DNA from: Octopus bimaculoides
Taxonomy: Eukaryota
Assembly (NCBI RefSeq): GCF_001194135.2
Contig: NC_068982.1
Coordinates: forward strand, 68,674,224-68,738,223
Direction of reading: 5' to 3'
DNA: 64,000 nt
The translations under genes and the position numbers were made by a program. Positions 24,818 through 37,130 of the stretch are shown piece after piece. The notes beneath the pieces were generated by a model. The model was given only the letters and a program-made list of their open reading frames with translations, made no database searches and was not told the DNA's origin. Every line of letters begins with the position of its first letter. Position 1 is the stretch's first letter.

Positions 24818-25699
24818 TTAAGTCCTAAATAATTTGATTCTAACCTCTCTTTAGCATGATACCAATTTGGTTTCTGGCTTAGCCATGTGGTTAAGAAGTT
24901 CACTTTGCAATCACGTTGCTTTGCTTTGATCCCAGTGCTGGGGACCTTGGGCAAGTGTTTTCTATCATGACTTCAAATCAGCCCAAGCTTTGTGAGTTAA
25001 ACTGAGTAGAAATACAACTGTTTGGAAGCACATTGGACTGTGCTTGTCCATTGGTGGTAGATCTGATCTCAGGTTAACACTATCACCTAGCTTTTGGATG
25101 CCTTCAATAGAGTCCACTTTATTGCAAACATTCAGGCTAGGTTTGTAGTCTGAGGAGAAATACATTACACTAGACTGTTTTACATCTATCTTCGATCACA
25201 GCTCATGAATTACTGCTGCAACTCATGAGATGTGATTTATTCCTCCACCTACATCAGAAGCCCATTAAAGTTAATGGTTGCTGCCTTTTTCATCTTCTAA
25301 GCTGTAATAAAAATATAACTCAGTCATGAAATGTATCACCTAATATTTTCAATCAGTAGTTTCTAACAAGTTTCTTCTGTAAGCAATATCATTTTGTCAT
25401 CTTTAACGTAATAAATATTACTTTCCAATACACATTATATAGAATCATCCACATGTCTAAACATCTGCCCAAACCTCACTTTGGTACATTAATATACAGT
25501 TACCACATCATAAATTGAAGCTTGACATACAATATCATAGTTTTTACACCCTGAAAATATGAGTGTAGTCAGCTGGTAGAATATCAAACATTCTTACTAT
25601 AACTGTAGTCACCTCATTAAAGTTAGTGAAGCTATTTTGATTCTGGGAGGATTAGAAAAAATTATGAGAAGTTACTCCAAACTGCAATCTGAAATGACT

Positions 25700-25913
25700 T
25701 TTTCTCAATTATAGAAATATATTACACAATCAATGAAAACATTGACTAGTTTTAGCCAATTTTAAAATAATGATGACTTTAGTAAAATAACTGTCATTAT
25801 TAATCTGGTGTGTGGAACATAAATTAACATGAAATTTTTATGGAAGGCTTTAATTTAGATGACTTTACAACAGGAAGTTTGTATCTAGAGTAGGTTAATA
25901 TCAAAAGGGTTAA
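25700..25913 (+). mobile_element. Partial piggyBac-type MITE (same family as 51641-51853)
   Basis: Ends atatcaaaaGGG-TTAA and shares tttagtaaaataact...gaacataaatt...ggaag..tttaatt. Confidence 0.65.
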
Positions 25914-25983
25914 TTATATATTTTACACGCCAAATCAACTAACCCGAGAAATCAGTTAACATATTTGAAATATTAACACTTAC

Positions 25984-26057
25984 AGAGAGTAACGTAGATT
26001 ATTAATAACATCAGGGCTCATCCTATCTTCAGTCAACCAGTTAGATTCTGCATGCAT
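25984..26057 (-). CDS. NDUFB8: NDUFB8 exon 3, 74 nt
   Basis: tttcag|ATG CAT GCA...TCT CT|gtaagt translates MHAESNWLTEDRMSPDVINNLRYS(L). Phases 0 and 2 fit the neighbouring exons. Confidence 0.88.
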
Positions 26058-26329
26058 CTGAAATGTAACAATTATTTTAATCCTTTATCTGAAATATTAT
26101 TATTTTATTTCTTCATCCAAACAGTCTCTTTAAAATCTTTTATAAGTTTGCATCGAATTTTTCCATGACACAATAAGTGAAATGATTGTGTACATTTAAT
26201 GCTCACCTATCTTCTCAAGACACACAATAACACAACAAGCATAGGAAGTTTTGAACTCACTGTTTGTTAGTAGGTCAAAATATTAACTTGAAATTCAAAA
26301 TAGTGCTTATTTAAAACTGTATCACTTAC

Positions 26330-26550
26330 TGGTTCACCGAAATTTCTCTTCAGTTCAGGCATATCCCAATTCACATATGGATCTCTACCCTCAGCTGAAA
26401 CAGGAGGGAGCTTAGGATAGTCTCCTAGGCCAGTACCATCGTTTGGATAAGGTTCATAATCTTCAAGTCGAAGACCATATTTTTTGGCTGCTCTTGCTCT
26501 TTCTTCTGGAGTTTCAGGAAACTTTTCGGGTTGCCAATCATGGTTCCAGT
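26330..26550 (-). CDS. NDUFB8: NDUFB8 exon 2, 221 nt
   Basis: ttttag|AC TGG AAC...GAA CCA|gtaagt translates (Y)[73 protein letters not shown]. It contains the NDUFB8 signature TPEER..AAKKY...EDYEPYP.DG.G.GDYPKLP. Not in the ORF track. Confidence 0.95.
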
Positions 26551-26599
26551 CTAAAATAACAAATACATAAAGAAATGTAAGAAATCTTGTAAAAATGAA

Positions 26600-27000
26600 A
26601 TTTTAGAAATAGGTATGTCTGTGTGGTTATGGTTACTTTCCATTCATGTATTAAGTTCAGATCACTGCATAACATTTTGGGCAGGTATCTTCTACAATAG
26701 CCCTGGGTCAACCTTGAGTAGATTTGGTAGATGAAAACTGAAAGAAGCCAGTTGTATATAATATGGGTGTGTCTCTATGCCTTGACATCATACAAAAGTT
26801 GTAAACAAGCATCACCATCATACAAGTGGTGTTATTCACTTCCAGCCTTCTGTGAAATCATGTCTAGCCACGGGGAAATATTACCTCACTTGGAAACAGG
26901 AGAGGGTTGGTGACATGCTGGACATCCAGCTATAGAAGATCTACCTCAACAAATTTCATCTGATTCATGCAAGCATGGAAAATGGACATTAAGACAATAT
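26600..27000 (+). mobile_element. SINE with family A head and RTE-like tail (family E)
   Basis: Family A head, then cttgacatc...ggggaaatattacct..ttggaaacagg.gagggttgg, then a gcaagcatggaaaatggacatt tail. Reverse copies at about 35120-35520 and 51960-52110. Confidence 0.7.
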
Positions 27001-27169
27001 TACTGTTGCTGAATATAGTGAAGTTACAGACATGGGGCTGTTTCTTCTAGAACAGAGCTGATGCTACTTCACTATTGTTGGTTCAAAGAATGATACAGCA
27101 TTAGAATTATTTCCAAATTGTGACTATTATTAAAGAATCACTCAGAACTGCTGTCTCTGAATCTAGATG

Positions 27170-27900
27170 GTAAACTGGCAGTCATTAGAGCATTGGATAG
27201 AATACCTGATGATATTTATTCCAATTCTCTATGTTCTGAGTTCAAATCCTGCCATGGTCTACTTTACCTTTCCTCCTTTAGGGGATTGATAAAAACAGTA
27301 CAGTCAGGGCACTGGATTGGCAGAACTGTAAAAACATTGGATACCTTTAGGTGTTTGTTTCAGGTCTTTGTTTTCTTTATTCAAATCTTACTGCTGATTT
27401 AACTCCCCCATTTGGCTAATTAGGTGCTTTCAGTAGACTCCACTTTGTTGTAAGTACTTGGACTTATTCTCTCCCACCCACTGGTTTTGGAGACGCTGTA
27501 AAGAGTGATGCTTTCTGCTCTGACTAAAATAATTAAAAAATAAAACAATAACAACAACAATAAACCTTTCAACTATAGACAGAAAGTCTGAAACTGTTAG
27601 GGGAGACGTCTTATTGATTATATCGACCTCAAAACGATGAAAGGCAAAAATCAACCTTAGCTAAATTTGAACTCAGAAAGCAAAGCCAGAGAAAATGCAA
27701 CTAAGCATTTTTTCCTGGCATGCCAACAATTCTGCCAGCTTGCTGCAGTAATAATACTTCTTTCTAATTTTGACACAACTTTGCTAGCAATTTTGAGGGT
27801 GAGGGGAAGTCAATTACATCGACCCCAGTATTCAACTGGTACTTATTTTTATCAGCTCCCCAAAAGATACTGGTATTTATTTTATTGACTTCGGCAGCAT
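27170..27900. mobile_element. Cluster of family C SINE fragments: two on + (about 27170-27400) and two on - (about 27560-27900)
   Basis: ctggcag...ttctgagttcaaat heads on the + strand. atttgaactcagaa...ctgccagc and ggtacttatttt on the - strand. Confidence 0.7.
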
Positions 27901-28875
27901 AACAATACGGTTCTTTTGAAAATACTAGATACCAGTACAAAACAGGAAAGCAAATTGTCTAAAGTTTAGAAAATAACGTTTTGGGCCATTAAAAAAGAAA
28001 GGGGTGACTAACACAGCTCTCAGGCCAGGTGGAACCGCCTAACTCATTACGGACGTTAAATGATGATGTTATGAGTAGCTGCAGTTCAAGATGGGTGGAA
28101 ATGTTATGGTTAGTGAGGACAATATTCAGGTAAAGGATTAACGGTTGTTCCTGAAGTATTTTTTAACTCTGAAGAAATGAAAACTTTGCCAAGTGTCCTT
28201 GGGTATGTGAAAAGTTATATGGAAATAAACAACTAAAGTTATTGAAAAGGTGACTAAGATAGTAAAGATTCTGAAATGAAACATAGGCTTTTGAGAACAT
28301 TTTAGTGCTCATTGAAACCGAACATAAATTAATTTTAACACTATAAAGACGATCTCTTTTAAATCATTGTTGTTAAATGAAGTTAGGTGTTGACAGATCA
28401 ACAATATACAAATCCTAAATGAAAGACGAACCAAAATAACAAAATGAATCATATTCGAGTAAATTTATTGTTTAGATGATCTGGTGTTTGTTAATCTTGC
28501 AAACTTTTATAGTTTACTGCTTCTGTGTGAGTGAGAAAGGATAAAATATAATTTTGGTATCTCTAACAGCAACCGATTTTAGTTGCATAAACATACACTT
28601 TGAAATAGACTATTTAAACTTGCTTTTGTACATTAAAAAAAATATGAACCAGTATTTAAATTATGCTTTAGAATTGAGTTAAGCACGTAAAAATAATAAC
28701 CTAATTTATTCTCATCAATAAATAAGAAATCATGTCATATAATGAACGAATGGAGCAAGTATTTCAGAAAGAAATATATTGTTAACCAAGGTCATAAACA
28801 GATGGTTTGATAATCCAGTAAAAACAAAGACATAAAGTAAATAATACTGAGGAGAAATTCGAGATGATACTTTAC

Positions 28876-28978
28876 ATGCAGCTAATGGACGTCCAATATA
28901 TATTTTTCTTATTTGGTTGACCGAAGAAACTGATCGAAGAGCAGAAACTGCTCGGTTAAAGTTTCGAAACGAAGCCAT
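28876..28978 (-). CDS. NDUFB8: NDUFB8 (complex I subunit B8/ASHI) exon 1, mitochondrial presequence, 103 nt
   Basis: ATG at 28978 gives MASFRNFNRAVSALRSVSSVNQIRKIYIGRPLAA, which is R/S/A-rich with no acidic residues. The donor T|gtaaag gives the phase 1 needed by exon 2 (T+AC = Tyr). A second GT 5 nt further on (gtatca) would be out of frame. Confidence 0.85.
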
Positions 28979-29012
28979 ATTTTTAGTTGGAGTCGAGGAG
29001 ATTACTTGTAAG

Positions 29013-29025
29013 GGAAGTAACTCTT
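29013..29025 (-). promoter_or_regulatory. Motif AAGAGTTACTTCC, 34 nt upstream of the NDUFB8 ATG
   Basis: Matches the SNW1 upstream motif at 11 of 13 positions, in the same orientation and at a similar distance. Function is inferred only. Confidence 0.35.
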
Positions 29026-29204
29026 ATAAAAGTCGTTCCAAGGTGATGTCCAGCTTCTCTCTCTTCGATACGAAAATATAAATTAGGATTTTTGTTTACA
29101 GAATAATTTTAGAATATTTAAACAGCGCAATAGCACTAATAATCTGATATTTTAATAATTATTTTTTACATCAGCACAATGCCACAAAGTAAAAAATCGA
29201 CTCA

Positions 29205-29340
29205 GTGTGAAGGCGCGTTACCTAGCGGTAAGGTCGTGGGTTCGATTCCTGGTAACTGGGGCGCATTGTGTCCTTGAGTAAGACAATTCTTTTGCGTTGC
29301 TATAATCTACTCAGCTGCACAAGAATAATCCATGGTACTG
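29205..29340 (+). mobile_element. Truncated family D SINE head just upstream of NDUFB8
   Basis: ggcgcgttacctagcggtaaggtcgtgggttcgattcc (B box) followed by gtgtccttgagtaagaca. Confidence 0.6.
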
Positions 29341-30359
29341 GTGAAGCCCTCTCTCTTTCCAACTGTGACATCCTGGATGTTTCGCTGAGTCAACGAGGGG
29401 GGTCGAGAGGTACCTGTCTGTTCGAGACTACATAGATACTTAAAGCAATTAGCGGAAGTATGGTATTTGTCATTAAGCCATACTCACCTGTGAGTGACTG
29501 CTAACTATGCTGTACATGTCAGGTATATATTTTATTAACCTTCGTGAAATCCATACAAAGAATGTAATGCAGTGAATCTGAAGACGGCAAGGTTTTTAGT
29601 CTGGTGTTCTACCATTTTCACCAGCACCTTCCGAAATTCAAATAAAATTTTCAAGTTTTCAATTGTATTTACTGATGATATGATAGGATGTCCAACTAAT
29701 AACCAAAAGTGCAATGATTTGTATCATGTCATCAGCTAGCCTATATCCTTAATCTTAGCTTCAGTCCATCTTAGTGAAACATAAAAACCATTCTTTATAG
29801 GTGAAAAAGAGATATTGAATTCACCACCACAAGCTATTGAAGCTCTTGTTACTTATACAATGCTCCAGAAAAATTATAGGCTTCACCATCATAGCATTGT
29901 GCTCCTGTTTAACTAACTCTTCTCTAACAATGTCAAAAGGAATTTTGTATGCATAGATCATTGCTGGTGCTCTCCACTCTAACTTTTTTTGCTGTTCATG
30001 TAGCCCTAGTAAATAGATGCCTTGGAACCAACAAACAAGCTATTATGAGGTCAACTGGTCTGGGAAAAATAGCAACCAAATTTACCTCAAAATAAACCTT
30101 ATTTCAGACCTTTGTTCCATGTGGAGCATAGGCCATTGATGACTTTTCTAAACTCTGGGCTGTCTTCTCTGCTTCTCTCAAGTTGGATCACTGCTTTTCG
30201 TTTGCTTTAGTATCTCATCTTCCTGAGGGAAGGCTTTCCTCTCCAAGGGTTTGAATTGTTATTGATGCTTCTGTAATTTTTTTTTTTCTAGGTATGAAGC
30301 CCTACATAGCAGGTTGTTCATATTCTGTATATTTTCAGATTTTGTTTCTCCATATATCT

Positions 30360-30476
30360 ATAAATTGGCTGTGTGGTAAGAAGCACAACCACATGGTTGT
30401 GTCTTCTACTATAGCCTCGGGCTGACCAAAACCTTGTGAATGGATTTGGTAGATGGAAACTGAAACAAGCCTGTCG

Positions 30477-30511
<35 letters not shown>

Positions 30512-30725
30512 GTCTGTTTGTCCCCCCACCATCACTTTGTTTATGTCCATGTAACTGCGGTTTGGCAACCAATGTTTATGTCCCTGTAAGTGCGGTTTGG
30601 CAAGAAAGAGACCGATAGAATAAGTACTAGGCTTACAAAGAATAAGTTCTGGGATTGATTTGTTTGACTAAAGGTAGTGCTCCAGCATGGCTGCAGTCAA
30701 ATGATTGAAACAAGTGAAAGAATAT
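30360..30725 (+). mobile_element. Near-complete family A SINE
   Basis: Head, gtgaatggatttggtagatggaaactgaaac, internal (TA)n(TG)n, body gagaccgatagaataagtactagg, and end ccagcatggctgcagtcaaatgattgaaacaagt. Confidence 0.8.
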
Positions 30726-30744
30726 TGCTATATATATTTACGTG

Positions 30745-31720
30745 TATATCATCATCATCATCATCATTTAACGTCTGTTGTCCATGCTGGCATGGGTTGG
30801 ATGGTTTGACCAAGGCTGGCAAGCTGGGAGGCTGCACCAAACTCCAGTCTGATTTGGCATGGTTTCTATAGCTGGATGCCCTTCCTAATGCCAAGCNNNN
30901 NNNNNNTATGAGCCAATTGCATGACACCGGTATCTGTCATGATTGCAATTTTTCTTGGCTTGATGAGTCTTCTTCTCAAGCATGACATAATGCCAAAGGT
31001 CTCGGTCATTGCCTCCAAGAGGCTCAACACTCAAAAGGAGCTCGGTCACTTTGCCTCTGTGAGGCCCAACGCTCAAAAGATGCTTCAAAGGTCTTGGTCA
31101 TTGATACTGTGAGACCCAACACTCAAAAAGAGTTCAGCCACTATACCTCTGTGAGGCCCAATGCTCAAAAGGTGCTTTTTATGTGCCAGTTACGTGACAC
31201 CAGCATCAGCTATGATTGCGATTTCACTTGGCTTGATGAGTCTTCTCAAGCACAGCATATTGCTAAAGGTCTTGGTCACTAGTCATTGCCTCTGTGCGGC
31301 CCAAAGTTCGAAGATCATGCTTCACCACCTCCTCCCATGTCTTCCTGAGTCTACCTCTATCACAGGCTCCCTTCACAGTTAGAGATTGGCACTTCTTTAC
31401 GTAGCTGTCATCATTCAGATACATCACAACTATACCAGTGCAGTTGTCTCTCTTGCACACCACATCTGATGCCTCATGCCTAACTTTTCTTACACTCTGA
31501 CAATGCACATCTAGTGAAGCATGCTGGCTTCATTTCTTTCAATCCTATGCATGTCCTCGGCTGTTGCAGCCCATGTTTCACTGCATTGTAGCATAGCTGT
31601 ATGCCTTTCACTCTGAGAGAGAGACCCTTTATTGCCAGGTAGGAGTGCTCTGAACTTTGCCCAGCTTGATCTTATTCTCACAGCTATACTCTTAGATCAT
31701 CCACCTCTACTACTTAGTCA
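30745..31720 (-). mobile_element. RTE LINE 3' end (reverse copy of the element at 1-750)
   Basis: ORF 31263..31508 ends VKKCQSLTVKGACDRGRLRKTWEEVVKHDLRTLG. It is followed by repeated ctctgtgaggcccaacgctcaaaag modules and a (TGA)n tail. Confidence 0.85.
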
Positions 31721-33169
31721 CCTAGATAATGGAAGCTATCTACTACCTCCAGCTTATCCCACTGGCAGTTGATCAAGCCTAAGTGTGTTTATATGTATCA
31801 TTATCTCTCTCTCTCTCTCTGTATATATATATAGATATATACACATATTTGTAATCACTTAAAGAGACACATCTACACTTATGGATACTCCAAAACCAGT
31901 TGTTCAGTATCCTACCCATAACGGATCGATGCTAGAGGGGTCAAAGCAATTATAGTGATCAATAAATATTCTTGTGTCTTTAATATTCCATCTCTCTCAT
32001 TAATCAAATTCCAAGCAAACACTGTGAAAGTGAACATGCTTTACCAGTAAGCTACCCGGTGTATACCATACGATTTATTATTTAATAATATAAGTGTGTG
32101 TGTGTGTAATAGAATAAAGCAGACAACTGGTATCAGGTCAGATTATGCCATGTACATAATTATACATTGATATAACAAGGGTGGAAACTCCTGCAACATT
32201 CATTTCTACCATCATGTTATATTAATGTATAAATACATAAATGTCATATGACCTGATACCAGTTATTTGCCTGTCTGTATGTTTATACTTGTACCAGCTC
32301 AACTGGAACACTACCTATAGCCAATCTTCATTTGACAGCTATAACTTCCTCGCATTTTAAGTTGTAGTTCAGGCATGAAATCAACCCGAGCACTAATTGT
32401 ATATACCTGTTATCTTACGTCATCTGACATAATATCTGAAATATATATGAAACTATTAGTAGCACTTAAATGCATGCATTGTGCCTGTTAAATAAATAAT
32501 ATTTATCTCTCACCAGATAGAGTACTTTTTTTGCCAAATTTTCAACCATGGAACAGTACATTACATACATATATATATATATATATATCCACCTTAATTT
32601 TATAGCAGTGTATGAGTATATAAATGTTATAATCTGACCTGATACCAGTTGTTTGTCTGCTTGTACATTGTCTGTGCTCATGCCACATAGAAAGCACTCT
32701 GTCCACTCTGCAGGGTAGTTGGTGTTAGGAAGGGTATTCAGCTGTAAAATCCATGCCAAAATAGACACAGAAGTCTGGTGCAGTCTTCTGCCTGGCCAGC
32801 TCCTATCAAACTGTTGAACCCATATGCCAGCATGGAAAGCAAACGTTAAATGATGATGATGATGATATATATATATATATATAGACAATTCAAATAAATA
32901 AGGAGAATTATACATCTATATAGTTTTTATTATTACAGTCATTTACACAGTATATCTTAGTTGAACATATGCTTCTGCAGCATGGATATCTTGCAATGTG
33001 GTCCTCATTTGCTTCTTATTTGTTCATCTGCATGCAAATTTCATTCCAGTTAAAAACATGTCCATGCAGGCTTATTTGATGCATTTATTTGTGAAGTTAA
33101 GGAAGTTATTAAAAATTGAAATCCATCAGTGACTTTGGAACACCCTATATATATATATATATATATATA

Positions 33170-34343
33170 TTGGGTCAGCCTCTAAATAATGTGGTGTTTT
33201 TATACTTCTTTTATTTTTCAAAATTAAGATAAACAAAGTTCTTTTTTAATCTAAATTAGACTCTCCTTCATTTTCTACAATACTCTTCTAAAATTCACTT
33301 GTCCATAATGAAAGATACTCCTCTGGTATTGTTCTAACCTCGTTTACAGAGTTCATCTTTTCTGTGCAAATGATTTTGAAGACTGCGGAATAAATAATAA
33401 TCAGATGGGGCAATGTCAGGTGGATATTCAAACTGCTCCAGCCTTTGGAATATTATCCTTGCTGTATGTGGCCGAGCATTATTCTGATGGAAGAACACCT
33501 TTCATTTTGAAACCAAAGATGGTTGTTTTTCTTCTAGCGCTGACTTAAGCCACTCAAGCTGCTCGCAGTAGATCTCCTTTGTTATCATTTTGTTTGGGTT
33601 TAAAAATTCAAAGGGGACTAAACCTTCCATATCCCACCAAACAGATAACACTTTTGTGAGTGAAGAACTTCTTTAGCCTGTGTTTCTCCTTTCCCTACCC
33701 ACTGTCTTTGGCGCTTGACATTTTTATAGAGAACCCGTTTCTCATCATCAGTCACTATTCGGTCCAAAAAAGGTTCATTTGTGAGACATGACATCAAAGA
33801 AGAGCACACATTCATTCTCTGCACATGATTAGAATTGGAAATTTGTGAGGAACCCATTGACCAAATTTGCTGACTTTTCCGATGGCATGCAGGTGTCGAT
33901 GAATGGTTGAATGACCAAATCCAAGCTTCTCTGTTAGTTCCTCAGGATTTTGTTCTACCAGAGTTTGCAGGATGTCCTCGTCAAACTCTACAGATCTCCC
34001 AGGATGAGGCATATCTTCTAGGTTGAAGTTTCTGGAACCACCATTGACACTGGCTTACATTTATTGTACGATCCTCATATACTGAATTAATATTCCTTGC
34101 ACTTTCCTTTATTAAACTCATAAACCAAAATATGCCGAATATACTTTGTGACTTCCATTATAGCTTTGAAAAAAAAAACTGTTAAAATCATACTGCACTC
34201 TTCAAACCTAGCACCAAGAATAAGGACAAGGTAAAATTACTACCTGCTTTTATAGCAAGTTGATGCAGGTAGTTTATCCCAATCCCCTCTAACTTTTAGT
34301 TCATGCAATTGAACAAAAACGCATTATTTATGGGACGATCCAA
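33170..34343 (-). mobile_element. Decayed full-length mariner transposon, 1174 bp
   Basis: TIRs ttgggtcagcctctaaataatgtg and gcattatttatgggacgatccaa, flanked by TA within (TA)n. Minus-strand relics GRSVEFDED..., GQWVPH, FLDRIVTDDEK and a PDIAPSDY-like motif. Confidence 0.9.
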
Positions 34344-36529
34344 TATATACTTACCTATACATATATATATATATGCATAGATACATCTACTTTTGTATAT
34401 ATATACATAAATGTACATATATACATCCATATATATATATACATATACTATATGTCAGGCTACTTTCAATTTCTTTCTATCCAATTCATTCACAAGGCTT
34501 TGGTTGGTCCAGGGTTACAGTAGAAGACACTTGTCCAAGGTGTTACACAATGGGACTGAACCCAAAGATATGCGGTCAGAAAGCAAGTTTCTTAACCACA
34601 CAGTCATACCTGCACATCTCCATTAAAATTGCCACCTGCAATGATGAGATTGTTGTAATTTACTCTCAAGGTAGCCTGCTGGGTGGTTTCACAGAAGCAG
34701 TCTTTCTATTTATAAGCCCTGATTGTGGTACATATGTAGAGATGTCACTGTTGTGTTGGCCATGACTACCAAAGTAGTAGAGAATCACATACTCTGATTA
34801 CCTCAACTATTTTATCTATTTCTTTGTTAACAGAATACCTACTCCACCGACCCAGAAAATTATGTATTTTTGTTCCTTGGTCATGAGAGGTCTAGCAGAG
34901 ACTCTGAGATGTGTACAAAGCATTCATCTGTTGACTTTTGCTCCAGTGTCTCTACATACCAGAGATAAAATGTCAAGAACTTGATTTTATTTTTATTTTT
35001 TTCCAGATCATCCAATAGTTTGAAAAATGTAAAATAGTTAAAATATTCCTTATAATTAGAAAATTTGAAGAAAAAAAAAAAAAAAGGACTCTTGAACATG
35101 AAAGATAAATATTTCTTCATGTAGGTGCAGATGTGGCTGTGGTTGAGAAACTTGCTTCCCAGCCATGTGACTTTTGCATAACACCTTCAGCAATTGTCTT
35201 CAACTTTAGTTGTGAGCTGACCAATGCCTTATGAGTGTGCTTGGTAGACAGAAACTGAAAGAAGTACATTGTACATGCGTATTTGTGTTGGTATGTTTTC
35301 GTCTTGACATCAAGTAATGGTTGCAAATGAGCATTATCAAGTGATGTTCTTTGTTTCCAGTCATCTGTGAAAAACTTGCGTTGGTGGGGAAATATTACCT
35401 TGCCAGTAAACAGGTGAGGATTGGCAAGGAAGGATATCTGGCCATAGAAAAACTGCCTTAACAAATCCTGTCTGACCCATGCAAACATTCAAAAGTGGAT
35501 TTTAAACTAATGATGATGATGATCACAGGATTCTTAAATAACTGGTCCCATTCATAGTAATTAATATTTTGAACATAATGAGTGCACTATTCAGTTTTAG
35601 TCCACTGCTTTGGCTTAGAATCATTTGAAAGGAAATCTAACTGGAAGAAAAGGACCAACAAAGAGTAATACCAAATAGCTAAAAGTAAAACAAGTTTACA
35701 TAGCACAGGGAGAGAGTGAAAACAAGGGGTTTTGCTATAAGATGATCAGAGGCATAAAGTACCCCGGATTGCAGAACAATGTCAAGCTGTCTATGGGAAC
35801 ACACTGTATGCTGATGACCTTGTATTTGTAGGAGTCTGTAGGGGACTTAGGGAAGATATTCCAGATGTGAAAATGAAACCTAGAATTGAGATGCATCATC
35901 ATCACTTAACATGTTTTCCATTCTGTTACGGATTGGATGGTTTGATGGGAACTGGCTAGCCAGAAGACTGTGCTAAGTTCTTGTCTGTTTTGGCATAGTT
36001 TCTATGGCTGGATACCCTTCCTAATGCCAACCACTTTACAGTGTGTACTGTGTACTTTTTATGCCGCACTAGCACTAGCATGATCACCAAGTAATATGCA
36101 AAACCACTTCAAAGACCCCTCAACTGAAGGAGGAGCAGTATTGAGAGAGGTGGCTTTGTGCCAGGTAAGGTAATGAGAAGTTAAGCCATGTTAGGACAGA
36201 AACAGGTGTCTTGTTGTTGCAGAGAGACATGGCTACCATAGGTAGAGAGAGAGAGGATGATGGTGAAGATGTGCCAGGGCATACCCTCAAGGTACATGAA
36301 GGAGAATGTAGGTGGAGTGATACAAAGTATTGGACAAGGTGAGCAAGCAGGGAGTTCATGAGAGAGTAAAAAAGGAGAGTAGTAGGGGAAGGGGAATGCA
36401 GTGAGTGGTGAACATTGGTAGCAGTAGGATAGAAACAAAACAGTTGGCAGAGCTACAACAGGAGAGAGAAGTATGACAAAGCAGCAGTGGGTGAGAGTGT
36501 GTCGTATAGGATGATAGTTTGGTTCATTA

Positions 36530-37130
36530 GGAAGGAGGGAGATTAATGTTACATGTGGAGAGCATACAATACACAGTGCTTCCAGAATTTAGTTTTGTTG
36601 AGGTGGGCAGGTCTTCTCAAGAACCTCATATCACCAGACAGCTTGGTCCATTGTCATCTCCACAAAGCACTACTTCATTCCATGTCTTTCTTGGGTCTCC
36701 TTCTGCAGGTTCCATCTACTCTAAGTGATTGGAACTTTCTTTTTATACAGGTTCCTCATCCATGTGCATCACTCACATGACCAAACCATTATAGTTGTTC
36801 CTCTTGCATACTAAATCTGATTCCTCTCATGCCTAACTTTTCTCTCAACACATTTTCACTTTCTTGTGCATGCATACTGACACTGCACATCCATTGGAGC
36901 ATACTAGTTTCATTCCTCACCAGTCTTCACATATCTTCTACATTTAGGGCCCACATCTCACTACTAGGTGCATAGCTTTTCATATACAAGCTGCCTTTCA
37001 CTCTGAGAGAGAAGCCTTTTGTTGTCAACGGAGGTAATAACTCTAAACTTTCTCCATCCTCTTCTTATTTTAACAACTATACTTTCAGAACATACTCCTC
37101 CACTGCTAATTTGGTCCCTAGGTAACAAAA
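36530..37130 (-). mobile_element. Decayed RTE LINE ORF2 3' fragment
   Basis: Homologous to 31380-31720 (tgcctaacttttct, gcctttcactctgagagaga). Confidence 0.7.

Noticed and set aside
28730-28978. 82-aa ORF as a standalone protein
   Set aside because: It is NDUFB8 exon 1 read through into intron 1.
29205-29280. tRNA gene (GGTTCGATTCC B box). Similar heads at about 19310 and 19590
   Set aside because: No complete cloverleaf, and the sequence runs directly into SINE body sequence, so these are SINE heads.
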